Shown: positions 28,252 through 38,451 of the stretch, piece after piece
Position numbering within the stretch: position 1 is the first letter of the stretch
Layout of the letters: each line of letters opens with the position of its first letter
Origin: Chthoniobacterales bacterium
GTDB lineage: Bacteria; Verrucomicrobiota; Verrucomicrobiia; Chthoniobacterales; Chthoniobacteraceae
DNA length: 64,000 nucleotides
Assembly: GCA_038207335.1 (NCBI GenBank)
Contig: JBBQZX010000005.1
Location: forward strand, 32,001-96,000
Reading direction: 5' to 3'
Made by a program: the position numbers and the translations under genes
The notes under the pieces: generated by a model
Told to the model about the DNA's origin: nothing
Seen by the model: the letters and a program-made list of their open reading frames with translations, nothing else
Database searches by the model: none

Positions 28252-31200
28252 ATGATAGTCTCCACTCTCCTCCTCCGCGCGGCGCTCGTGATCGCCGGGT
28301 TCACTGCGCTGGGTGTAAGCCCGCTCAGGGCGCAGACCGTCTCGACGTGGAAAGGCGGGGATGGAAACTGGAGCGACGGGACGAAGTGGACCGGCGGCAT
28401 CCCGAATAGCCCGAGCACCGAGGCGCGCGTGGATGGCGGGAATGCCGCGGCTTCCACCGTGACTCTCGACGGCAGCTTCACCGTCGGCGCGCTCACGCTT
28501 TCGGATCATTTCATCGTCGCGGATGGCAGCACGCTGACCATCGATTCGACGGCGGGCTTCGCGGGAGCTGGCACGCTCGGCGGCGTGTCGGGCGGCTATG
28601 CGGAGTTCACTGCGAGCGGGAATCCGACGCGCCTTTTCGTCATCGGCGACGTGGTGGTCACGCGTTTCATCACGGGCAATGGGAACGCGAATACGATCAT
28701 TACCGGCGCGTCCGGTGCGCGCCTGACGCTCGACGATTTCCAGACTTCCGGCTTTGCCGTGATCGGCGACGGGAAGCTCAATATCGTGAACAAAGCCGCG
28801 CTCTATCCAGGAGCCGCGACCACGGTCGTGATCGAGCCACTGTCGACTTTCGAGCAGACGAGCACGGGCATCATGAGCCTCGCGAAAGGCACGATGCGGC
28901 TGGCGGGCAATGGCGCATTCACGATCGCGGGCACCGTCTCGGTCTACAACAATTTCGGAAACGGCCCCGGGCTTTTCACCCGCGATGCGAGCAGCACGCT
29001 GACGAATTTTGACGCAGTCACAAAGACGCTCACGGGCGGCTCATGGCGGGCGCTGGCGCTGAATAACTCGGCAACTATCCAGCTCAATGTCGGCCCGATT
29101 TTGATCAATAACGCCGCGATCGAACTCGGTCTCGGCGCGGTCTTCAGCGGGCTCGAGGCGCTGCAGAGCAATGTCGGCTCGCTGACGCTGAACGCCGAGC
29201 CCTTCACGACTGCGGGCGCATTCAGCAACTCCGGGACGCTCTCGGTCGCCAACGGCGGTTTTACTGCGACTGGCCCGCTGACCAACACGGGCAGCATCGA
29301 GCTCTCCAGCTTTAACAACTCGGGCTCACTCACGCTGATGCAGGGCATGACCCAGACGGCGGGCAGCCTGAAGCTCGGCGGCACGACCGCGCTCAATTCG
29401 CCGGTCACAATCGGCGCGGGATTCCAAATGGCGATCAGTGGCGGGCGGCTCGAAGGCGGCGCGAGCGTGTCGGGCCAGGTCGTCAGTGACGCGGTGATTT
29501 CGCCTTTCACAAGGTATGGGCAATTTACCGGGCTGACGATCAACAACGGCAGCCTGACATTGACGGGCAATTCCGCGCTCGAGCTCCGCGCAGGCGTGCT
29601 GAACCAGTTCAATCGCCGCAATGACAGCGTGACCGTGAACGGCCCGGTCGCACTCGCGGGTCGGCTCGTGCTCCGGCTCGGTTCGCTCTCGCAGCCGCCG
29701 GATGGGACGGCGACTTTCACCGTGCTGAGCTCCACGGCGCTCAGCGGCGTTTTTGCGAATGTCTCCAATGGCGAGCGCCTGCGCACGGCCGATGCCGCGG
29801 GCAGCTTTCTGGTGAGTTTCGGCCCCGGTGCTGCAAATCCCAACGCCGTCGTGCTCAGCGATTTTGTGCTCGCGCCGCCGCGCATCCTGGGTCGCCAAGT
29901 GCCGGGAGAGCCGGAGGGCACGGTCTTCGGGAGCTTCGGCGCGCCGACCGCGGGGCCATTCGACGGGTCGATCAAAGTCGGCAAGGTAAAGGTGGCCGCG
30001 CTCTTCGCCGGTGATGGCAGCGTGCGGGTGCGCGTCGGTCAGGAGTCGCCCATCGCAGGCGCGAACTTTGCGAAACTGAGCCCGCCCAGCGGCGACGCGG
30101 CGCTCGCCACGATCGGAGGCGCGTCTGGCACCGTGCCGAAAGGGACGGAGAGTGTCCTGCTCGCGGGACTCACGGAAGGCCCGGTGCGCATCGCCGCGCG
30201 CACGGGCACGGAGCTCACCGATCTGCCCGGCGTGACGATCAAGAAATTCGGCACGATCGACGGCAATGGCAGCGTGATCTTTTTCCTCGCCACGCTCAAC
30301 GGCGGCGATCTGGACGGACGCGCAGCCCTCTGCGCCGCATCGCCCGATGGCCGCGTGCGCGTGCTCGTGAGCGTCGGCGAGTCCATCGGCGGAAGCACGG
30401 TCAAGACCATCGCGACGCTCGTCGGCGTGAAAGGCGAACTCCCCGAAGGCCGCTGGCGGGCCGGCGACGCCGCTTTCCTTGCCCGGCTCACACTCGCCGA
30501 CAAATCGCAGGCGCTCTATTTTCTCGCCGCCTCAGCCAACCCGGGGACGATCCAGCCATCGCGGATTTTTGGCGTCGGCGACATGCTGCAGGCGCCGCTC
30601 GCAGGCGCTGTCATCTCAGGGATCGGTCTGCCCGCGTATCCGGCAAAGCGTCTGCAACTGAAGATCGGTGCTGGCGGTGTGACGAAAAAGGACGACGTCG
30701 CGATTCTCCGGCCCGTCAGCGATTTCGGCGATTTCGTCCTTGCGCGGGAAGGCCAAGCCGCGCCGGGAATTGCAGGTGCGACTTTCAAAACTCTCAGCGA
30801 ACCCGTGCAGGGTCTCTACGGCGGCACGGCATTTACCGCGACGCTCGCTGGGGTCAAAAATGGCGCCTCCATCTGGTGGGCCGCGCCCTTCGCCGAGACC
30901 GCGACGCTGCTGGCTCGCGCCGGTGCCGGAGCCCCCGGCGGGGGGCAGTTTGCCACATTCGGCACGCTGGTTGCACCGGATGGCAATGGCGACGGCACCC
31001 TTTTCACGGCCAAACTCAAGCCTAACAAAGCCGCTGCGATTTCATCAAAAAACAACACTGGCCTCTGGGCGTCCGATAGCCAGGGCGTGGTGAGTCGGCT
31101 GCTCATCGCGGGCCAGACCGTCCAGCTCGGCGGCCAGCCGTATGTGCTGAAAAGCTTCGTCGCGCTCGTTCCTGCGAAAGGTTCGATCGGAGCCGCGCGC

Positions 31201-31302
31201 GGCTACGACACCGCGGGCCGCGCCACCGTGCTCGGTAAACTGGTGGACGCAGCGACCGGCAAGGAAAAGGTGACGGCGCTCCTCGACGTGGTGCGCCCCT
31301 GA
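28252..31302 (+). CDS. Large secreted beta-strand-repeat (autotransporter-passenger-like) protein with a repetitive C-terminal domain
   Basis: Signal peptide ending LRA|QT, WKGGDGNWSDGTKW, Gly/Thr/Asn-rich repeats, C-terminal ARxGxxAPG repeats; start could also be 28195 or 28228. Confidence 0.75.
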   Translation: MIVSTLLLRAALVIAGFTALGVSPLRAQTVSTWKGGDGNWSDGTKWTGGIPNSPSTEARVDGGNAAASTVTLDGSFTVGALTLSDHFIVADGSTLTIDSTAGFAGAGTLGGVSGGYAEFTASGNPTRLFVIGDVVVTRFITGNGNANTIITGASGARLTLDDFQTSGFAVIGDGKLNIVNKAALYPGAATTVVIEPLSTFEQTSTGIMSLAKGTMRLAGNGAFTIAGTVSVYNNFGNGPGLFTRDASSTLTNFDAVTKTLTGGSWRALALNNSATIQLNVGPILINNAAIELGLGAVFSGLEALQSNVGSLTLNAEPFTTAGAFSNSGTLSVANGGFTATGPLTNTGSIELSSFNNSGSLTLMQGMTQTAGSLKLGGTTALNSPVTIGAGFQMAISGGRLEGGASVSGQVVSDAVISPFTRYGQFTGLTINNGSLTLTGNSALELRAGVLNQFNRRNDSVTVNGPVALAGRLVLRLGSLSQPPDGTATFTVLSSTALSGVFANVSNGERLRTADAAGSFLVSFGPGAANPNAVVLSDFVLAPPRILGRQVPGEPEGTVFGSFGAPTAGPFDGSIKVGKVKVAALFAGDGSVRVRVGQESPIAGANFAKLSPPSGDAALATIGGASGTVPKGTESVLLAGLTEGPVRIAARTGTELTDLPGVTIKKFGTIDGNGSVIFFLATLNGGDLDGRAALCAASPDGRVRVLVSVGESIGGSTVKTIATLVGVKGELPEGRWRAGDAAFLARLTLADKSQALYFLAASANPGTIQPSRIFGVGDMLQAPLAGAVISGIGLPAYPAKRLQLKIGAGGVTKKDDVAILRPVSDFGDFVLAREGQAAPGIAGATFKTLSEPVQGLYGGTAFTATLAGVKNGASIWWAAPFAETATLLARAGAGAPGGGQFATFGTLVAPDGNGDGTLFTAKLKPNKAAAISSKNNTGLWASDSQGVVSRLLIAGQTVQLGGQPYVLKSFVALVPAKGSIGAARGYDTAGRATVLGKLVDAATGKEKVTALLDVVRP

Positions 31303-31363
31303 CGCCCGCCGGCGGCGGGCGATATCGAGCCCACTCGCGCGCGACACTTCTAAAATTCTTCGT

Positions 31364-32044
31364 TCAATTCGGCCCGTGAATCGGCGGCGGAACAGGTTCG
31401 GGCTTCGGGATGCCGAAGCGGTTTTCCGTGCCGGTGCGGAGGCGGAGGATGTTTTCGCGGTGGCGGCGGACGACGAGGAGGGCGGCTGCGAGGGCGAAGT
31501 AGAAATTGGCCCAGCCGTGGCAGAGATTCAGGAAAAGGAGAACGACGACGGTGAGCGGAAAGGCCACGGCGGCGACGATGGATGCGAGCGAGACGTAGCG
31601 GGTGATTTTGAAAACGATGCCCCAGATAATGAAGATGATGAGCGCGGCGAGCGGCACCATGCCGATGATGACGCCGAGCGACGTGGCGACGCCTTTGCCG
31701 CCCTTGAAGCGCAGCCAGATTGGAAAATTGTGCCCTGCGATGCAGCCGATCGCGGCGGTGATGCCAGCGAATGCGGTGTCCTGAAATGCGCCGGGCGTGT
31801 GGCGCGCGATCCAGAAGCCGAGCAGCACGGCGACCGTGCCTTTCAGCGCGTCGCAGAGGAAGGTCGGGAGACCCCACTTTTTGCCGAGTACTCGCCAGAC
31901 ATTCGTGGCGCCGATGTTTTTGCTGCCGTGCTCGCGGACGTCGATGCCAGCAGCTTTCCCGGCCAGGTAGCCAAAGGGGATCGAGCCGAGCAGATAGCCG
32001 GCGGCGAGGATTTCCGTGTAAGCGAAAATGACGCCGCTGGTCAT
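31364..32044 (-). CDS. plsY: Glycerol-3-phosphate acyltransferase PlsY
   Basis: YLLGSIPFG, GSKNIGATNV, DALKG, GHNFP, FKGGKGVAT, RHRENI. Confidence 0.96.
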   Translation of the reverse strand: MTSGVIFAYTEILAAGYLLGSIPFGYLAGKAAGIDVREHGSKNIGATNVWRVLGKKWGLPTFLCDALKGTVAVLLGFWIARHTPGAFQDTAFAGITAAIGCIAGHNFPIWLRFKGGKGVATSLGVIIGMVPLAALIIFIIWGIVFKITRYVSLASIVAAVAFPLTVVVLLFLNLCHGWANFYFALAAALLVVRRHRENILRLRTGTENRFGIPKPEPVPPPIHGPN

Positions 32045-33804
32045 GGGTGGGCGGCGTTGCGCTTGGCGGCGAGGACGGCTTCGATTTTGCCCAACGGGAG
32101 GCAGTTCACGACGTCGTCGCGCGTGAGCCAGCCCTTCCTCGCGACGCCTACGCCGAGCCACAGATGCTGGAGCTGCGAGGTGTGGTGTGCGTCGGGGTTG
32201 ATGACGCATTTCACGCCTTTGGATTTCGCCAGCGGCCACCAGCGCCAGTCCATGTCGAGGCGGCGTGGAGAGCAGTTCAGCTCGATGATCGTGCCGGTCT
32301 CGGCCGCTGCCTCGATGACGGCGGGGACATCGACCTGATAGGCGTCGCGAGAGAGGAGGAGGCGGCCAGTGAGGTGGCCGAGCATGGTGATGTGAGGATT
32401 AGAAATCGCGCGGATTATCCGCGCGGTCTGCTCGGCCTCGGGGATGGAAAATGAGGAGTGGATCGAGGCAACCACGTAGTCGAGCCGCGCGAGCAGGTCG
32501 TCGGGAAAGTCGAGCGTGCCGTCTTTCAGGACATCGCACTCGATGCCGGCGAAGAGCCGGAAACTGTCGCCGAATGTTTTGTTCAGTTCGCGGATTTCCT
32601 CGATCTGCGCGAGCAGCCGATCGGTCTCGAGCCCGTGCGCTTGAAAGGACGCTTTGCTGTGGTCGGCGATGCCGAGGTATTGCAGGCCGAGCTCCTGCGC
32701 GGCGTCGGCCATCTCGGCGAGCGTGCTGCGCCCATCGCTCGCGGTGGTGTGGTTGTGGAAAGTGCCGCGCAGGTTTTGCAACTCGAGCATGTCGGGAAGC
32801 TCGTGCTTTTCGGCAGCTTGGATTTCGCCGCGATCTTCGCGCAGCTCGGGCTCGACGTAATCGAGATCGAGCGCGCGGTAGAGGTCGCGCTCTTCGTGGA
32901 TCGGTGGGATCGGTTCGGGCTCGTTTTTTGGATTTTCGAGCGGGCCGAGGCGGTATTCGTTCAGCGTCCAGCCGCGGGCGAGGGCACGGGAACGCATGAC
33001 GATATTATGCTCTTTGGATCCCGTGAAGTAGCTGAGCGCGAACGGATACTCCGCGCTCTTCACCACCCGGAGATCAGCCTGGATGCCTGATTTCCAGCGC
33101 ACGCTCGATTTCGTGGCGCCGTTGGCGATGACGTTTTCGACCATCTCGTGCTCAATGAAAAACTTCGACACTTCGGCGGGAGAATTCGTCGCCACGATGA
33201 AGTCGAGGTCACCGACGATTTCCTTTCGCCGGCGGTAGCTCCCGGCGATCGCGGCTTGGAAGACATTGGGCTGCTCGCACAGTCCTTCGAGCATCCGCTC
33301 GGCATCCGCGGCGATGTCGCCGAGCCGAAAGCGCCCCGCGTATTTCGCGCGGCCTTCGATGGCCGCGGCGAGATTCGTCGCGGTCTTCTTTCCGAAGCCT
33401 GCGAGCGCAGCGATGCGTCCGTCTTTGCAAGCGGCGTCGAGCTCTGCGATCGAGGTGACGCCGAGCTGATCCCACATGACTTTGATCTTCTTCGGCCCGA
33501 GCCCCTGAAGCTCGAAAAGCTCGAACAACCCGGGCGGAAATTCCGCCTTCAAAATCTCGTAGTAGGCAAGCTGGCCGGTCACGGTGAGTTCCGTGATCTT
33601 GTCCGCGAGTGCTTTTCCGATGCCCGCGATCTCACCGAGGCGGTCCTCCGCCACGAGCTTTGGGAGGTCGCCGCTGAAGGTTTCCAGGGCCCGCGCAGCA
33701 TTCGTGTAGGCGCGGATTTTGAAGAGATTCTCGCCCTTCAGCTCGAGCAGCTTCGCCACCGACTCGAGCGTGTCGGCGATTTGTTCTTTCGTGATCTGGG
33801 CCAT
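32041..33804 (-). CDS. polX: DNA polymerase X / PHP 3'-5' exonuclease
   Basis: NLFKIRAY, HhH motifs GIGK / GLGPKK, GSYRR, GDLD, FTGSKEHN, PHP motifs HNHT..SDG, DHS, DAH. Confidence 0.95.
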   Translation of the reverse strand: MAQITKEQIADTLESVAKLLELKGENLFKIRAYTNAARALETFSGDLPKLVAEDRLGEIAGIGKALADKITELTVTGQLAYYEILKAEFPPGLFELFELQGLGPKKIKVMWDQLGVTSIAELDAACKDGRIAALAGFGKKTATNLAAAIEGRAKYAGRFRLGDIAADAERMLEGLCEQPNVFQAAIAGSYRRRKEIVGDLDFIVATNSPAEVSKFFIEHEMVENVIANGATKSSVRWKSGIQADLRVVKSAEYPFALSYFTGSKEHNIVMRSRALARGWTLNEYRLGPLENPKNEPEPIPPIHEERDLYRALDLDYVEPELREDRGEIQAAEKHELPDMLELQNLRGTFHNHTTASDGRSTLAEMADAAQELGLQYLGIADHSKASFQAHGLETDRLLAQIEEIRELNKTFGDSFRLFAGIECDVLKDGTLDFPDDLLARLDYVVASIHSSFSIPEAEQTARIIRAISNPHITMLGHLTGRLLLSRDAYQVDVPAVIEAAAETGTIIELNCSPRRLDMDWRWWPLAKSKGVKCVINPDAHHTSQLQHLWLGVGVARKGWLTRDDVVNCLPLGKIEAVLAAKRNAAHP

Positions 33805-33903
33805 GCGGGAGCGGGAACTTACGACCCTGCGCAAATTGCTGTCACGCGGTTTGAAAGGCGGAACGGCTTGTCGCTGTGTTGCGCGCGCGGCTAGCGTCCG
33901 CAC

Positions 33904-36576
33904 ATGTCTTTGCCACCTACCCCGGAGCATGTGCGCCTCGCGGAGGAGGCGCGCCGAGAGAAGAACTGGAAGAGATGGGGCCCGTATCTTTCCGAGCGCC
34001 AGTGGGGCACGGTGCGCGAGGACTATTCGGCAAATGGCGACGCGTGGAATTCTTTCCCGCACGACCATGCGCGGAGCCGCGCTTACCGTTGGGGCGAGGA
34101 TGGGCTGCTCGGTTTTTGCGACCGCGAGGGACGGCTCTGCTTCGCGCTCGCGCTGTGGAATGGGCGTGATCCGTTCTTAAAAGAGCGGCTTTTCGGGCTC
34201 ACGAATCCGCAGGGAAATCACGGCGAGGACGCAAAGGAGGCCTGGTATTATTCGGATTCCACGCCGACGCATTCTTACGCCCGCGCGCTCTACAAATACC
34301 CTCAGGCTGAGTATCCGTATCGGTGGCTCGTGGAGGAAAATGCGGCGCGGGGAAAGTGGGATCGCGAGTTTGAAATCCACGACACGGGCATTTTCGACGA
34401 CCAACGATACTTCGATGTGACGGTCGAGTACGCGAAGGCCGAGCCGGACGATGTGCTGATCGTCATCACCGTGGAAAATCGGGCGTCCGAGCCGGCGGCG
34501 CTGCACGTTTTGCCGACGCTTTGGTTTCGCAATACGTGGAGTTGGGGTGCCTGCGAAACGGCTTCGGCAAAGCCCTCGCTGGTGAAGCACGCCGCGGCCG
34601 CGGTTCTCGCGACCCACCCGACACTTGGCAAATTTCGCTTCGAGATCGAGCGCGCGGCACCGTTGCTTTTCACCGAAAACGAGACGAACCGGATGCGACT
34701 CTACGGCTGCGAAAATGAGAGCGACGTGGTGAAGGACGGGATCAACGACTTCGTCGTGAGCGGTGTGAAATCGGCCGTGCGCGCCGACGACGGAACGAAG
34801 GTTTCGCCGCATTTTCAGCTCACGATCCCGGCGTGCGGCCGGGAGGTGATCCGGCTGCGGCTGCGGACCGCGGATCAGGGCGGGGAGCCATTTGGCGAGG
34901 AGTTCGCTCACATTTTTGAGCTGAGGAAAAGCGAGGCGAATCAGTTTTACGGACGGAAGATTTCGCAGTCGCTCGGAGCCGATCAGCAGCACGTTGTGCG
35001 GCAGGCGTACGCGGGGCTTTTGTGGACGAAGCAGTTCTACCATTACGTCGTGAAGGAATGGCTCGCGGGCGATCCGGCGATGCCCGCGCCGCCGCCGGGT
35101 CACGCCCACACGCGCAACTGCGACTGGCACCATTTCTACGCGAATGACGTGCTCTCGATGCCGGACAAATGGGAGTATCCGTGGTTCGCCGCCTGGGACC
35201 TCGCGTTTCACATGATCCCGATGGCGCGCGTCGATCCGCAGTTTGCTAAGGACCAGCTCCAACTTCTGCTGCGCGAGTGGTACATGCATCCGAATGGACA
35301 GGTGCCTGCGTACGAGTGGAATTTTAGCGACGTGAACCCGCCCGTCCACGCGTGGGCCTGCTGGCGGGTTTATAAAGTCAGCGCGCCCGCCGGGGAGCGC
35401 GACACGCTGTTCCTCGAGCGCTGCTTCCAAAAACTGCTTTTGAACTTCACCTGGTGGGTGAATCGCAAGGACGTGCAGGGCCGCCACGTCTTCGCTGGTG
35501 GATTTCTCGGGCTCGATAACATCGGACTCTTCGACCGCTCAAAGCCGCTCCCGAGCGGGCAGACGCTCGCGCAGGCGGACGGCACGGCGTGGATGGCATT
35601 CTACTGCGGCACCATGCTTTCGATGGCGCTGGAACTCGCGCTCACGCGGCCCGCGTATGAGGACATCGCGTCGAAGTTTTTCGAGCATTTCATCGAGATC
35701 GTCGATGCGATGAATGCGGTCGGCGGCGGTGGGCTGTGGGACGAAACGGACGGGTTTTATTACGATCAGCTTTTGATCGAAGGGCGCGACACCGTGCCGC
35801 TCCGCGTGCGCTCGCTGGTCGGGCTCATTCCGCTGCTCGCGTGCGAGGTGCTCGATCAGCGGACGGTCGAAAAGCTGCCAGGCTTCCGCAAACGGATGCG
35901 CTGGTTCGTGGACAATCGGCCCGATCTGGCGCGCCACATTTCATGCATGGATCGGCAGGAGCGCGAGGGTCTGCACACGCTGCGGCTGCTTGCGATACCG
36001 TCGCGCGAGCGGCTCGAGCGCGTGCTGACTTACGTGCTGGATGAGAGCGAATTTTTATCGCCGTTCGGCATCCGCTCGCTGTCGCGGCATTACGAAAAGC
36101 ATCCGTTCGAGATCAGTCTCGACGGCAGCGAATACCGCATCGACTACGAGCCGGCGGAGTCGCGCTCGAACATGTTCGGAGGCAACTCGAATTGGCGCGG
36201 GCCGATCTGGTTTCCGATCAATTACCTGCTCATCGAGGCGCTCGAGCGCTACCACCACTTCTACGGGGAAAAGCTCACCGTCGAGTTTCCCCGCGGCTCT
36301 GGGAAAATGGTCACGCTCGACAAAATCGCGCACGAGATTTCGCGGCGGCTCTCGCTGATTTTCACGCTGGATGAAAACGGGAAGCGCCCGTGTTTCGGCG
36401 ACAACCACCGATACGCCACCGACCCGCACTGGCGCGACCATGTGCTCTTCCACGAATACTTTCACGCCGACATCGGCTGCGGCCTCGGCGCGAGCCATCA
36501 GACCGGCTGGACTGCGCTCATCACCCGCTGCCTCGGCATCGTCGGGCGCGTGTCGAAAAACACGGTGCCCGGCTGA
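33904..36576 (+). CDS. GH63 / MGH1-like glucosidase
   Basis: WGPYLSERQWGTVREDYS, MPDKWEYPWFAAWDLAFH, NSNWRGPIW, GASHQTGWT. Confidence 0.9.
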   Translation: MSLPPTPEHVRLAEEARREKNWKRWGPYLSERQWGTVREDYSANGDAWNSFPHDHARSRAYRWGEDGLLGFCDREGRLCFALALWNGRDPFLKERLFGLTNPQGNHGEDAKEAWYYSDSTPTHSYARALYKYPQAEYPYRWLVEENAARGKWDREFEIHDTGIFDDQRYFDVTVEYAKAEPDDVLIVITVENRASEPAALHVLPTLWFRNTWSWGACETASAKPSLVKHAAAAVLATHPTLGKFRFEIERAAPLLFTENETNRMRLYGCENESDVVKDGINDFVVSGVKSAVRADDGTKVSPHFQLTIPACGREVIRLRLRTADQGGEPFGEEFAHIFELRKSEANQFYGRKISQSLGADQQHVVRQAYAGLLWTKQFYHYVVKEWLAGDPAMPAPPPGHAHTRNCDWHHFYANDVLSMPDKWEYPWFAAWDLAFHMIPMARVDPQFAKDQLQLLLREWYMHPNGQVPAYEWNFSDVNPPVHAWACWRVYKVSAPAGERDTLFLERCFQKLLLNFTWWVNRKDVQGRHVFAGGFLGLDNIGLFDRSKPLPSGQTLAQADGTAWMAFYCGTMLSMALELALTRPAYEDIASKFFEHFIEIVDAMNAVGGGGLWDETDGFYYDQLLIEGRDTVPLRVRSLVGLIPLLACEVLDQRTVEKLPGFRKRMRWFVDNRPDLARHISCMDRQEREGLHTLRLLAIPSRERLERVLTYVLDESEFLSPFGIRSLSRHYEKHPFEISLDGSEYRIDYEPAESRSNMFGGNSNWRGPIWFPINYLLIEALERYHHFYGEKLTVEFPRGSGKMVTLDKIAHEISRRLSLIFTLDENGKRPCFGDNHRYATDPHWRDHVLFHEYFHADIGCGLGASHQTGWTALITRCLGIVGRVSKNTVPG

Positions 36577-36630
36577 CGCTCAGGAACAGCGTGCTTCCCA
36601 GAGGGGGTGTGCGGCGTTGTAACTTCACCC

Positions 36631-38316
36631 ATGCCTGTGCGCTGGATTTTCCCCGAGACGAATGTCGAAGCCGCGCGGACGCTTGCTGAGAGGCTGGATG
36701 TCGCGCCTTTCGTCGCGGAGCTCTTGTGGAGCCGCGGGTTTCGCTCGGATGCGGACGCTGCGCTTTTCCTCGATCCGCGGCTGAAGTCGCTGAGCGATCC
36801 GTTTTTACTCCCGAGCATGACGGCGGCGATCGAGCGGCTCGTCGTGGCGATCGAAGGGCGCGAGCGCATTGTGCTTTTTGGCGATTACGATGTGGATGGC
36901 GTCACGTCGCTCGCGCTGATGGCGCGGGTGCTGCGGGCGTGTGGCGCGGAAGTGGAGTGCTTTTTGCCGTCGCGGATCGATGAGGGATACGGGCTGAGCG
37001 CGGAGGGAGTTGCGCGCTGCGTGGCGGAGTGCTCGCCGCGGCTGCTGGTGGCGGTGGATTGCGGGACATCCTCGGCGGCGGAGATCGCCCGGCTCGGGGC
37101 GCGCGGGGTGGATGTGATCGTGCTCGATCATCACGAATGCGGCGGCGAGTTGCCGAAGTGCGTGGCGCTGGTTAATCCCAAGCTGAGCAGCGGCCACGCG
37201 CCATTTTGCAGCGTCGGCATCGTCTTCAAAGTCGCGCACGCGCTGTTGAAACGGCGTCCTGTGGAGGGGATCGACTTGCGCGAATATCTCGATCTCGTCG
37301 CGCTCGGCACGGTCGCCGATCTCGTGCCGATCGTGGGTGAAAATCGCATCCTCGCGAAGCGCGGTATCGCGCAGCTCGAGCGGACGCGATGGCCCGGCGT
37401 GCAAGCGCTGATCGATGTCTCCGGCCTGCGCGCGCCATTTTCGCCCTCGAATATCGGCTTCGCGCTAGGCCCGCGCCTGAACGCCGCGGGACGGCTCGGT
37501 ACGGCGCAGAATGCGCTGGAGCTGCTGCTGACGGACGACGCCGGGCGGGCGCGCGAGATCGCTCAGGAGCTGGATGCGAGCAATCGCGAACGGCGCACGG
37601 TGGAGGACGCTGTGCTGCGCGAGGCGGAGGCGCAGATGGAGGAGTGTTTCGATGCGGGGCGCGATGCGGCGATTGTGGTCGGGGCGGCGGGGTGGCATCC
37701 GGGCGTGGTCGGGATCGTGGCGTCGCGGCTCATGCGGCGGCACCATCGGCCGACGCTCGTTGTTGGCTTCGACGAGGCGGGAGTGGGAAAGGGGAGCGGG
37801 CGCAGTATCGAGGGGCTGTCGCTGGTGCATGCGCTCGGCGAGTGCGGCGCGTTGCTGGAGAAATTTGGAGGTCACGAGATGGCTGCGGGGCTCACGATGC
37901 GGCACACGCGGTTCGAGGAGTTCCGTGCGGCCTTTCGCTCCTGTGCCAGCGGTCTTCTCAGCGCGGAGCAGCTCCAGCCCCGGCTGCGGCTGGACTCGCT
38001 GGTGGCGCTCCGGGAGATCGATATCGAGCTGTTGCGGCAGCATGAGGCGATGCAGCCTTTTGGGATGGGAAATCCGCAGCCCGTCTTTGTCGCGCGGGGG
38101 GTGACTCTGGCGTGCGAGCCGCGCGTGATGAAGGAAAAGCACCTCTCGCTGACGCTGCGGCAGCAGGGGCGCGAGCAGCGCGCTGTGTGGTTTGGCAGCG
38201 CGTCGGAGGAGCTGCCCGCGCAGCCGTGGGACGTGGCTTTTCAACTCGAGCGCAATGAATGGCAGGGCCGTGTGAGCCCGCAGCTTCAAATCCGCGCGGT
38301 GCGGGCGGCGGGGTGA
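36631..38316 (+). CDS. recJ: ssDNA-specific exonuclease RecJ
   Basis: GDYDVDG, VDCG, DHH, GTVAD, PRLNAAGR, GSGRS, GGH..AAG, PFGMGNP. Confidence 0.97.
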   Translation: MPVRWIFPETNVEAARTLAERLDVAPFVAELLWSRGFRSDADAALFLDPRLKSLSDPFLLPSMTAAIERLVVAIEGRERIVLFGDYDVDGVTSLALMARVLRACGAEVECFLPSRIDEGYGLSAEGVARCVAECSPRLLVAVDCGTSSAAEIARLGARGVDVIVLDHHECGGELPKCVALVNPKLSSGHAPFCSVGIVFKVAHALLKRRPVEGIDLREYLDLVALGTVADLVPIVGENRILAKRGIAQLERTRWPGVQALIDVSGLRAPFSPSNIGFALGPRLNAAGRLGTAQNALELLLTDDAGRAREIAQELDASNRERRTVEDAVLREAEAQMEECFDAGRDAAIVVGAAGWHPGVVGIVASRLMRRHHRPTLVVGFDEAGVGKGSGRSIEGLSLVHALGECGALLEKFGGHEMAAGLTMRHTRFEEFRAAFRSCASGLLSAEQLQPRLRLDSLVALREIDIELLRQHEAMQPFGMGNPQPVFVARGVTLACEPRVMKEKHLSLTLRQQGREQRAVWFGSASEELPAQPWDVAFQLERNEWQGRVSPQLQIRAVRAAG

Positions 38317-38451
38317 AAGTCGCAGATCGGGTGTCTGCGAATCAACGAAGCCTCACCGTCGCGCGCGGGTCGCGCGAGTCGGTAAAAAAGAAAAGAGAGA
38401 AAAGGGAAATGACGATTGTGTTAACCGGGACGGTGTTCAGGGTGCGCGATT

